Origin: Alphaproteobacteria bacterium
GTDB lineage: Bacteria; Pseudomonadota; Alphaproteobacteria; Bin95
Reading direction: 5' to 3'
Assembly: GCA_965205265.1 (NCBI GenBank)
Contig: CBDBGH010000003.1
Coordinates: 2,560,001 to 2,624,000, forward strand
Length of the DNA: 64,000 bases
The translations under genes and the position numbers were made by a program. The notes beneath the pieces are model-generated. The model had not been told where the DNA came from. It saw only the letters and a list, made by a program, of their open reading frames with translations, and made no database searches. Position 1 is the first letter of the stretch. Each line of letters begins with the position of its first letter. Shown in pieces: positions 1 through 8,263 of this stretch.

Positions 1-25
1 CGTCGGAACTCCCGGCAGCGACCGG

Positions 26-751
26 TCAGAACCGAACATCGCCGCCGCCTCCCGCGTTGTCGAGAACAGCCGGGACACGGCTGTGATGCTCGATCCATGC
101 CCGGGTCGCCGGCGAGATCCACCCGGCAACCTCCAGAATCCGCTCATGGTCTTCAACGAGATTCCGCGCGAATATCGGTTCATGGTGAGCGATCCGGTTG
201 CGCAATGTCCGCAAGGCGTTCAACGGCCGGTGAGCCTGCCTGCGGGTCAGCGGGGCGCGATGCGGGAAGGCGCCGCGCAGCGCCGGACGCCAGAGCGTCA
301 TCTCGTAGTTGGCCCTGCGCCCAGCGGCCGCACGGCCCCCGGGACCCAGCAACGAGACCCAAAATCCGAACGACAACGCCGCCACCACCCGGTGCGGATC
401 ATCGACATGCCCGTCTCGCGCCAATTCGGCCCTGGCGTTCGCGATCCGCTCCAGGGCGCCCCTGTCGAAACCCGCACGGCCGTTATCGTACCAGGCCACG
501 CCGTATCGTTCGCCAAGCCTTCGGTTCATAGCGTTACGCAGGGCGACCTCCAGACCCTGCAGCGGTCCGTAGAAGGCGGCGCTGACCGCGGTGTTCCACA
601 CATGGAGACGGACCGCTCCTTCCCGGTCTTCCCGAGCAGCGTCGAGATAGGTGCCGAGGCGCTCGCGCGAGAGAAAGGCTTCGAGATCGTCGAGGATTTC
701 GTCCGTGTAGCGGAAGTCATTGACGTCCGGCCCCCGGTCCGCCATATTCAT
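26..751 (-). CDS. Abi-like (AbiD/AbiF family) HEPN protein
   Basis: Motifs LEVALRNA, LSFGFW and HEPN RxxxxH (LRNRIAHHEPI). Start placed at ATG 751; the ORF track extends to 817. Confidence 0.85.
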   Translation of the reverse strand: MNMADRGPDVNDFRYTDEILDDLEAFLSRERLGTYLDAAREDREGAVRLHVWNTAVSAAFYGPLQGLEVALRNAMNRRLGERYGVAWYDNGRAGFDRGALERIANARAELARDGHVDDPHRVVAALSFGFWVSLLGPGGRAAAGRRANYEMTLWRPALRGAFPHRAPLTRRQAHRPLNALRTLRNRIAHHEPIFARNLVEDHERILEVAGWISPATRAWIEHHSRVPAVLDNAGGGGDVRF

Positions 752-758
752 GGCGTAC

Positions 759-798
759 ACCCCGGACCCGCCTCTGCCATTCGGTATGCGCCCGGGGT
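759..798 (-). ncRNA. abiF-like structured RNA hairpin upstream of the Abi gene
   Basis: Minus strand ACCCCGG-GCGCATACCGAATGGCAGAGGCGGGT-CCGGGGT: perfect 7-bp outer stem, inner pairing, GAGGC before the 3' arm, 7 nt upstream of the Abi start. Confidence 0.55.
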
Positions 799-821
799 TC
801 TTGTTTGCATCCCGCACTCGG

Positions 822-1337
822 TCATGACCGCTTGGCCTCGCCGCCGGTTCGGTTTCGGCGATATCCCCGCTTGGAGACCGCCCTGCGGGCCGTCTTGGCG
901 GCCTCGTCCACCTCGCGGAATTCCGGTTCGAGCTTTTTCAGCCGCGCCACCAGACCGCCGAGGTCGTACATGTTGGTCAGCTTTCCGCCATGGATGGCCC
1001 GACGCTCCACGCGCTTGACGAGGCCCGCCGTTTCCAGGTCAGCGATGTGGCGCTGCACCTGACGGGGACTGAGGCCCAACCGCTCAGCCAGGACTGCCTT
1101 GCCGGGATACGGCTTCCGGTCGCGTTCCCACCAGAAATCGCAGAGCTGCATCAGCACGGCAAGCTGCGTCGCATTGAGCCCCAGCCGGTTCTGCGCCCGC
1201 AGCAGCAGCGACGGGACGATGCAGAAGCCCAGCGCAATGACCTCCTTGCCCCACTTCTTCTCAGATGCCCGCCCGCTGTCCTTTTCCGGGAGCAACCGGA
1301 CTACATTGCCCGCCGCAGCCTTTCCGTTCCCGCTCAT
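822..1337 (-). CDS. Winged helix-turn-helix protein, Rep/replication-initiator-like
   Basis: GFCIVPSLLL...YPGKAVLAERLGLSPRQVQRHIADLETAGLVKR...NMYDL pattern of mobile-element wHTH proteins. Confidence 0.7.
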   Translation of the reverse strand: MSGNGKAAAGNVVRLLPEKDSGRASEKKWGKEVIALGFCIVPSLLLRAQNRLGLNATQLAVLMQLCDFWWERDRKPYPGKAVLAERLGLSPRQVQRHIADLETAGLVKRVERRAIHGGKLTNMYDLGGLVARLKKLEPEFREVDEAAKTARRAVSKRGYRRNRTGGEAKRS

Positions 1338-1886
1338 GACCGATGCCTTTCTGCCGCCGGTTCACCCGGCTATATCGCCATAGTCACCGGGAACATCAAG
1401 GTGACCCCATCGGACGTTGCCGACCTCAGCCATCGGTCATGGACGTCCGCTCGCTACGGTCGCATCCGTCCACCGAAGAAGCACGCATGCAATCCATATT
1501 CCGTCCAAGCGCATGAACAAGATCCCGGGACCACCGGGCGCCAATGTCTCCAGGGCTCTTCGCCGCCACTCCTGAACCACCGGATCCTCGCACTCAGACA
1601 CGAGCGATCACCAGAGGTAATCACCGGCAACACCGTACGATAAAGCGGCCGACGCTCAATCGACGTGCGGCCACCTCGGAGATGCCGCCCTCCAGCGTCT
1701 TGCGATCAACCGCCGCTCCTGAGAGACCGCATCCAGCCCTGTTTCCCACCAACACGACGCCCGCTGACGCTGTCGGCCCTGGCCGCCGCGCTTCCGCCCG
1801 ACGCCATCGTCACAGTTCGAGTTCCATGTCCCGCGACCGGCCACGTTCCGGCGCGGGCATTTCGCGGCCGGAAACACCCGTTGCGC

Positions 1887-2270
1887 TCAGTCCGGGGCGC
1901 CCCTGCCGAGCGAGTCCTGGAACGCGCGGGCCTCGCCGACAAGCTTTTCCAGCTCCGCTTCGCGGCCCTCGCGGACCATCGCGTCGCGTTTCTCGGTCGC
2001 CAGGAACCAGGTGTAGCGGAACATCCGCTCGATCAGCGGCGCCAACGTCGGCGGAACGGAGGGTGTGCCGACCCGCCCGGTGCCCCGCGCGAGCGCCAGA
2101 ATCTTCTCCCGGACGAACTCCGCGGCCGGCAGATCGTGCGCCAGCGCGGCGTTCCTGACCTCCTCCCATTCGGAGTCCGAGAAGCGGATGCTCCGGGTCT
2201 TGCGATTGTCGTCCGCCCTTTCGGCTGCCGCGCCGTCATCGACCGTGCCGTTTCGTGCGTCCTCGCTCAT
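1887..2270 (-). CDS. Ribbon-helix-helix protein, MobC/NikA-like relaxosome accessory
   Basis: RKTRSIRFSDSEWEEVRNAA...AAEFVRE RHH signature; directly downstream of the relaxase. ATG at 2270. Confidence 0.65.
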   Translation of the reverse strand: MSEDARNGTVDDGAAAERADDNRKTRSIRFSDSEWEEVRNAALAHDLPAAEFVREKILALARGTGRVGTPSVPPTLAPLIERMFRYTWFLATEKRDAMVREGREAELEKLVGEARAFQDSLGRGAPD

Positions 2271-2432
2271 CGCACCAACTCCGGCCGCCGTCCGTTCGCT
2301 CCCTCGACCGGGCCTCCGCAAGGCTTCCCCGGCGGCCCCAATGCCACCGTCGGGTGGCCCGGACTCGCCTTCTCCGCGTCGCCCCGGACCGCCGGGCGTG
2401 CCCGTCCGACCCGTCTACCCATCCCGCGTCCG

Positions 2433-5400
2433 TCACAATCCAAGGTCCATGCCCCCCTTGCCCCGGTCGCGGACCGGCGGTTCCGGTGTCTTTGTCGGCG
2501 TCTTCGTGGCTTCCCCGCCCTTTCCGGCACCTTCGGCGGGGCCGCGTTCCCGCCCGGTCTCTGGCGTCCGCGCGGCCTCGGCCGCCTTCTCCGGCGCCGC
2601 GCGCTTCATCTCGCCGATGCCTTCGAGCGCCGCGATGCGCTCGCCGGTCGCGGCCTGAAGCTGGGCGCGGAGCTCGGCCGCGTCGTCGGTGACCAGCTCG
2701 GCACGGTCGCGGGCGCGGCTGATCTCGACGTAGAAGCTCTTCTGCGTGGTGAGGTGTGGGTGCCGGGCCTCCATCGCGGCGATCACGTTGTCGACTGTGC
2801 GGCCCTGGAAGGCGTGCACGGTGGACGCCCAGGCATGGTCGAGATGGCGCAGATGCGGGTCGCCCCTGCCCAGCTCCAGCGTCTTCCCGTCCTCCAGGCG
2901 GAACGTCACCCGCCCATTCGCGATGCGCAGGACCTCCGCCGTGCGGCTGTTGACCAAGCCGAGGCCGGCGTCGTTGCGGGTCCAGCGGATGCGGTCGCCG
3001 GCCCTGAGCTCGATATCTTCCGCGCGGTAGACCTCGCTGCCGCCCCTTCGCCCTCCGATCTCCTCGGGCTTCCAGGCGACCCGGCCGCCCTTGCCGTCGT
3101 CCAGCAGCACCGAGCCGGCCTTGTGATCGACGCCCATGACGGGGCGCTCGTCGCCCTTTTCGACGCCGATCCGCTTGTAGGGGCGGTGGAACGCCACCAC
3201 GTCGCCCACCCCGTAGTTGGCGGCAAGCGCCTTCTCGGCATTGGTGTAGCCCATGGAGACCAGCCGTTCGGACTGCATTGCCGGTCCGTGGATGCGGCCC
3301 TCGCGGGCCAGCCGCTCGCGGATATGGCCGTTGATCGCCTGCCGGAGCTCGTGAGAGGGCGCCATCACGCCGGTGTTTGCCCGCGCGTCCTCGTCGAGCC
3401 GGAGCCATCGGGCCGCAACGGCGCCGGCGACGTTGTCGGGTTTGACCTCGGCGACGTTGCTTCCGAGCTTCTCGAAGGCGCGTTCGATGTCGCCCTTCAG
3501 GCTCGCCTCGACCGCTTCCTTCAGCACGGGATCGCGCTGGCGCATGATCTCGTCCATCGTCGCGGTCCGCATGCCGGCGGCCTGAAGCTGGGCGAACGGC
3601 TTGCCCGCGTCCACTGCGTCGAGCTGCTTCGCGTCGCCTACCAGCACGACCCGGGGAATGCGGAGTTCGTTCGCGATGCGCAGCAGGTCACGGGCCTGCA
3701 CGGTGGACGCCAGCGAGCCCTCGTCGACCACGAGGATGGTCTTCGCGAAGGCGGCGCGCATCTCCCTGGCGCCCTTCCGCGTAAGCCTGCCTGCGGCAAC
3801 GCCCGCGTTCCTGGCGAGGAAGCGCTGGAGGGTTTCGCTCTCGATGCCGGCCTCGGACGCCAGGGTCCGCGCCGCCGAGGCCGAGGGCGCGAGCCCCGCC
3901 ATGCGCCAGCCCTTCTTCTCCGCGAGCGTCCGCGCCCGGTTGAGCATCGTCGTCTTGCCGGTGCCGGCATAGCCCTGGACGCCGACCGTGCGGTCCTTCG
4001 CCGACAGGATCAGCTTCACCGCGTCCTTCTGCCCGGCCGTGAGCGGCCCCTTGTTGAGGTGCCCCTGGACCTGCCAGCCGCGCATCGGCGCCCGGCCGCG
4101 GCCTTGGCCCGAGTGCATCAGCGCCATCGCCTCGCGCTCCTCGCCGACGGTGCGGTCGGTCGCGAGCGAATCCTCGGCGCCCGGCAGGTCGACGGCGTGC
4201 AGCGATCCGGCCTTTTCCAGCGCCGCCACCTCGCGCTCGACGTCCCCGATCGCGACGGCCCCCGGCGCGTGGGCGAGCGCGGCGGCGAAGAGATCGGTGC
4301 GGGAGAACACCGCCTCGCGCTCGGAGAGGTGCGCCATCGCCCAGGCGACCGCCTCCGCCGCGGGCGACGGCGGCGCCATATCCGGGGAGAACCCGCGCCC
4401 GGACGAGCGGTCCCGATCCCTGCCGGGCGGAGATTCCGGCCCCACCGCCATCCCCGCCGGGGCGTCCGCAGGCGCGGCGCCGCCAATATCCATGGACACG
4501 GGCGCCGCCGCATCCCGGATCGGTACGGCGGATTTCCCGTCGGCTTCGGCAACCAGCGCCCTTCCCGGATCGGGGTCCGGGACAGGCGCATCGAAGCCGA
4601 GATCGGACGCCTGGCGCTGCCAAACGCTCCGCAGCTCGCCGCGGTCGACCTCGCGCTTCTTCGCGCGCGTCATCAGCGCCGCGCGCTCGGCGAGGCGGGG
4701 ATTGTCCGCCGAGCTGCCGAGATCGCGCGCTTCCATCGCCGCCTCGATCTCGGCGCGCCGGCTCGAGAAGGCCTCGACGACCTCGCGGGAGACCCCCGCG
4801 ATCTCGAAGCGGCCGTCGGCATGGGTCTTCTCGATGCCGTAGCCGAGCTTGCCGAGGCCGGCCGCCAGCTCGTTGCGGTAGAGCATGCCGATCAGCTTCT
4901 GGCGCGCGTAGAGGCCCTCGTTGGCCATGGACCGCCACTTGCCCTCCTCGCCCTGCACCATGTTGGCGAGCACGGCGTGGGTGTGGAGCTGGGGGTCGAG
5001 ATTGCGCGAAGTGTCGTGGCGGAAGGTGGCGGCGACGATCTTCTGGTTGCCGGCGCGAATCATGCGCCCGGTCTCGGGGACCTGCCCCGGACCCGATCCG
5101 GGGTCCTTCATACGGGTCTCGGCGGCGTTCTTCTCGATCCAGGCGAGCGCCGCCGCCACGGCGCGGTCGTGGACCTCGACGATGCGCCTGTCTCCGCCGA
5201 CCAGCGCGGCGAGGGAAACGGACTTCGGGGCCGAGAAGGTGAGGTCGCGGCCGGGGCGGTGGAGGATCTCGCCGTTCTTGCCGCGCCGCCCGAGTTCGGT
5301 TCCCGAGCCGTCCGGCACCTTGCCTTCGAGCACCGCGCGGAAGGTGTCGGGATCGACCGGTCCCGTCAGCCCGAGCTCCTCGGCTCCCTTTCCTGCCCAA

Positions 5401-5504
5401 CCACTGGCCTCGCGGTGTTCGGGATCGTCCTTCGCGTAATAGCCGTCGCGCTCGTAATAGGACGCGCCCTGGGCGGCCGAGGAAAGCGCGCCGATCGAGA
5501 GCAT
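2433..5504 (-). CDS. traI: MOBF relaxase-helicase (TrwC/TraI)
   Basis: MLSI...YY..DGYY tyrosines, DLTFSAPKSVS, HDTSRNLDPQLHTH, helicase GYAGTGKT, DEGS, TVHAFQG. ATG 5504 lies 1 nt after the traD stop. Confidence 0.97.
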   Translation of the reverse strand: MLSIGALSSAAQGASYYERDGYYAKDDPEHREASGWAGKGAEELGLTGPVDPDTFRAVLEGKVPDGSGTELGRRGKNGEILHRPGRDLTFSAPKSVSLAALVGGDRRIVEVHDRAVAAALAWIEKNAAETRMKDPGSGPGQVPETGRMIRAGNQKIVAATFRHDTSRNLDPQLHTHAVLANMVQGEEGKWRSMANEGLYARQKLIGMLYRNELAAGLGKLGYGIEKTHADGRFEIAGVSREVVEAFSSRRAEIEAAMEARDLGSSADNPRLAERAALMTRAKKREVDRGELRSVWQRQASDLGFDAPVPDPDPGRALVAEADGKSAVPIRDAAAPVSMDIGGAAPADAPAGMAVGPESPPGRDRDRSSGRGFSPDMAPPSPAAEAVAWAMAHLSEREAVFSRTDLFAAALAHAPGAVAIGDVEREVAALEKAGSLHAVDLPGAEDSLATDRTVGEEREAMALMHSGQGRGRAPMRGWQVQGHLNKGPLTAGQKDAVKLILSAKDRTVGVQGYAGTGKTTMLNRARTLAEKKGWRMAGLAPSASAARTLASEAGIESETLQRFLARNAGVAAGRLTRKGAREMRAAFAKTILVVDEGSLASTVQARDLLRIANELRIPRVVLVGDAKQLDAVDAGKPFAQLQAAGMRTATMDEIMRQRDPVLKEAVEASLKGDIERAFEKLGSNVAEVKPDNVAGAVAARWLRLDEDARANTGVMAPSHELRQAINGHIRERLAREGRIHGPAMQSERLVSMGYTNAEKALAANYGVGDVVAFHRPYKRIGVEKGDERPVMGVDHKAGSVLLDDGKGGRVAWKPEEIGGRRGGSEVYRAEDIELRAGDRIRWTRNDAGLGLVNSRTAEVLRIANGRVTFRLEDGKTLELGRGDPHLRHLDHAWASTVHAFQGRTVDNVIAAMEARHPHLTTQKSFYVEISRARDRAELVTDDAAELRAQLQAATGERIAALEGIGEMKRAAPEKAAEAARTPETGRERGPAEGAGKGGEATKTPTKTPEPPVRDRGKGGMDLGL

Positions 5505-5505
5505 G

Positions 5506-7641
5506 TCACAGCCACTCCGGGGGCCGTTCGCCATGCGGCCCGGCCTCCGCCGGCGGGTCTCCCGCGTCCGAACCCTCTTCCGGAGGGCCGTCCTGCGGCG
5601 CGGGGCCGCCGGTTGCCGTTGCCGGGACCGGCGCCGGGGTATCGGTTTCCGGCGCCTGCCCGTCCGCCTCCCGCGCCGCACCGGCCTCTCCCGGCAGCGG
5701 CACGGGCGCCAGCTCGCCCTGGCGCGCGACCGCGTCCCGCGCGTCTTCCCGCGCCGACGGCGGGCGTTCCCGGCCGGGACCCGCTTCGCCCGGCAGCGCG
5801 GGGATCGCGACGACGTTACCGCCGCAGGGCGCAGCGTCCGGGGCCGACGGCGCGATACCGGCCTCTCCGCAGCCGCCGCCGGGGGCATCCGCGCTCCCTT
5901 CGGCGCGCCCCACGAATCGTTCCGCCGCCTTCGGCCGGGCGACGTATTTCAGGCGAATGGCGGCGACCGGGAAGGGGCCGGGGAACTTGAGATAGCCTTC
6001 GAGGTTGGGCAGGCGCATGATCTCGGAAGGGAGCGCCAGCGCCCGGAGCTCGCGGCGCGGCGTCAGGCTCACCCCGTCGCGGATGGTGTTGGCGCCGTAG
6101 CTGAACCCCTCGGAGACCTCCTCGATTTCGCTGCGGCCGAGGCTGTCCGCGGACCACTGCGCGGTGTCGCGATCGGGTGCGGCCAGCACGACGCGGGTGC
6201 CGCAGAGGCCGGAGATGGTCTCGGCGCCGTTGCGGCCGTAGAGGTCGCGCAAGGCCGAGGCGACCTGGACGCCGAGCACGAAGCAGCCGCCGAACTGGCG
6301 CGACTCGGCAAGTCCCGGCTGGAGCGACGGCACCTGGTGCAGGGTCGGCAACTCGTCGAGGATGATCCAGATCCGCCGTCCGTCGTCCTGGGAGAGCGAC
6401 AGCATGGCGTTGACCGCAATCTCCAGCCAGGTCGAGATCAGGCCGCGCAGAGACGCGTGCTGGTCGCCGCGCGAGGTGAGGAACAGGAACCCGTCCCGCT
6501 CCTCGTCACCGATCCACTCGCGGATCGAGAACGGCTTGCCCTCGTCCGGCAGGAACTCCAATGCGGACAGGTTCGCGGTCAGCATGGCGCGCACGCTGAG
6601 CGCGGTCTTGGGATTGTCGGGATCGACGATCGACTGGGCGACCGTGCCCTCCATGGCCTCGGCGAGCGCGGTCAGGTCGGTCTTGAGCAGATGGTCGACC
6701 AGGACCCGGTTCTCCGTGATGCCCTTCTGGCGCAGCACGCCGGCGCCGTTGGAGAAGAGCTGGCGGGCGGCGGTGACCCAGAACGGGTCCACCGTGTCCT
6801 TCTGCTGCGGGATGAGCGCCGCGGCCATCATGTCGAAGTCGCGCGGGTTGCGCGCCTCCAGGAAGGGCGACCAGCGCGGCGCGCGGGCGTCCAGCGGGTT
6901 CAGCAGCACGTCCCGCTCAGCATCGAAGAAGGCGCGGGTGTAGGAGCCCATCTTGTCGTAGAGGACGCAGCGCTCGCCCCGGCTGCGGATCTGCGAGACC
7001 AGGTCGGAGATCAACACGGTCTTGCCCGAGCCCGTGGTGCCCGAGACGATGGTGTGCTGGGTCTCGGTGCGCTCGGGATACGGGATGCCGGCGATCGCGT
7101 AGGACCGGAGGCTCCTGCCGCCCGGGAGGGCGCCCAGGAACCGTTCATGGGGCGATTGCAGCCGCCTCCGGAGCTCTCCGGCGGTCACCATCTCGGCGCC
7201 CCGGATGCGCTTCTGGCGGCCGAGCTGGGCGCCCCGGACCCAGAACACGACGAGGAACAGCCCGATCAGCCCGGCGCCGGCCGCAGCCCCGAGCCCTGCG
7301 CTGGCGAACATCTCGTCCCTGATCCGCTCCCGCGCCTGCCGGGCCCGGATGGAGGCGGCGATATCGCGGATGCGCAATACGCGCCGCGTGCCGTCTTCGA
7401 ACCGGACCTCCTGGCCCGAGTCCGGCTCGTAGCCGAGCGTCAGCTTGACCTCGGCCAGCGTCACCATGCCGGCGGCGTACCACTCCGCCCCCGTCGTGCG
7501 GTGCCACAGCGTCCAGGCCGGCACGGCGACGGTGGTGAAGGCGGCGAACAGCATCGCCGCGCGGAACAGCTGCCCCCACATGCGGATCGCGTGGAAGACG
7601 GTCTGGCCGCCCCGGAGCGTGCTGCCGCCGATGCCGCGCAT
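5506..7641 (-). CDS. traD: Type IV coupling protein TraD
   Basis: N-terminal TM segments, Walker A GTTGSGKT, LNPLDAR, LDELPTL, ESRQFGGC. Start ATG 7641 (MRGIGG). Confidence 0.95.
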   Translation of the reverse strand: MRGIGGSTLRGGQTVFHAIRMWGQLFRAAMLFAAFTTVAVPAWTLWHRTTGAEWYAAGMVTLAEVKLTLGYEPDSGQEVRFEDGTRRVLRIRDIAASIRARQARERIRDEMFASAGLGAAAGAGLIGLFLVVFWVRGAQLGRQKRIRGAEMVTAGELRRRLQSPHERFLGALPGGRSLRSYAIAGIPYPERTETQHTIVSGTTGSGKTVLISDLVSQIRSRGERCVLYDKMGSYTRAFFDAERDVLLNPLDARAPRWSPFLEARNPRDFDMMAAALIPQQKDTVDPFWVTAARQLFSNGAGVLRQKGITENRVLVDHLLKTDLTALAEAMEGTVAQSIVDPDNPKTALSVRAMLTANLSALEFLPDEGKPFSIREWIGDEERDGFLFLTSRGDQHASLRGLISTWLEIAVNAMLSLSQDDGRRIWIILDELPTLHQVPSLQPGLAESRQFGGCFVLGVQVASALRDLYGRNGAETISGLCGTRVVLAAPDRDTAQWSADSLGRSEIEEVSEGFSYGANTIRDGVSLTPRRELRALALPSEIMRLPNLEGYLKFPGPFPVAAIRLKYVARPKAAERFVGRAEGSADAPGGGCGEAGIAPSAPDAAPCGGNVVAIPALPGEAGPGRERPPSAREDARDAVARQGELAPVPLPGEAGAAREADGQAPETDTPAPVPATATGGPAPQDGPPEEGSDAGDPPAEAGPHGERPPEWL

Positions 7642-7838
7642 CACGCTCTCCCCGTCATCGGCCGGATCGCCGCCCGGAGATCGAGGAGGGCCGGGTGCCG
7701 GGCGAAGGCGGCCGGGCCGGAGAGGGCCTGTCCCGGCCCCCGGATCGAGTCCGGGGCAGGCTCCCGAGCCGGGAAGGCCGGAGCCCGCAGGGGCGCCGGG
7801 GATACCAATCTCCCGGATCGCCGGTATGATCGGAGGCC

Positions 7839-8237
7839 ATGAACATGACGAGAACAATCCCAGGCCCGGACTGCGATCCGGGCAACGACCGGTTCGCACC
7901 GCCGGCGCCGCACCGCGCGCCCCGGAGCACCCGGACCGAACGCGCCGTCGTGCTCGGCGGCTTCGCCGTGGCGGCGCTCTGGACCGCGGTTTCCGCCGCG
8001 CTCGGGTTCGGCGTGGAGACCGTGGGCGCCGCGTGGCTGGCCGCGGTCCTCTGGACGGTCCCCGCCAGCCTCGCCTGCGCACTCCGGCGCGGCATCCGCC
8101 GCCGCGACTGGTCCGCCTTCACCGGCTACACCCTTCCGGACGGCCGCGACGAGCGGATCGACTGGGCGACACGGACAGGTTCCTATGCCTGGGAGCCGAT
8201 CGCCGAGGAGCACGAGCGGCTGATGCGCGGCGACTGA
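7839..8237 (+). CDS. Small two-TM membrane protein, candidate entry exclusion protein
   Basis: GGAGG RBS, two hydrophobic helices; the only plus-strand gene in the tra region, convergent with traG. Confidence 0.55.
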   Translation: MNMTRTIPGPDCDPGNDRFAPPAPHRAPRSTRTERAVVLGGFAVAALWTAVSAALGFGVETVGAAWLAAVLWTVPASLACALRRGIRRRDWSAFTGYTLPDGRDERIDWATRTGSYAWEPIAEEHERLMRGD

Positions 8238-8263
8238 GCCCGGGACCGGTTTGCGGCCCGGCC

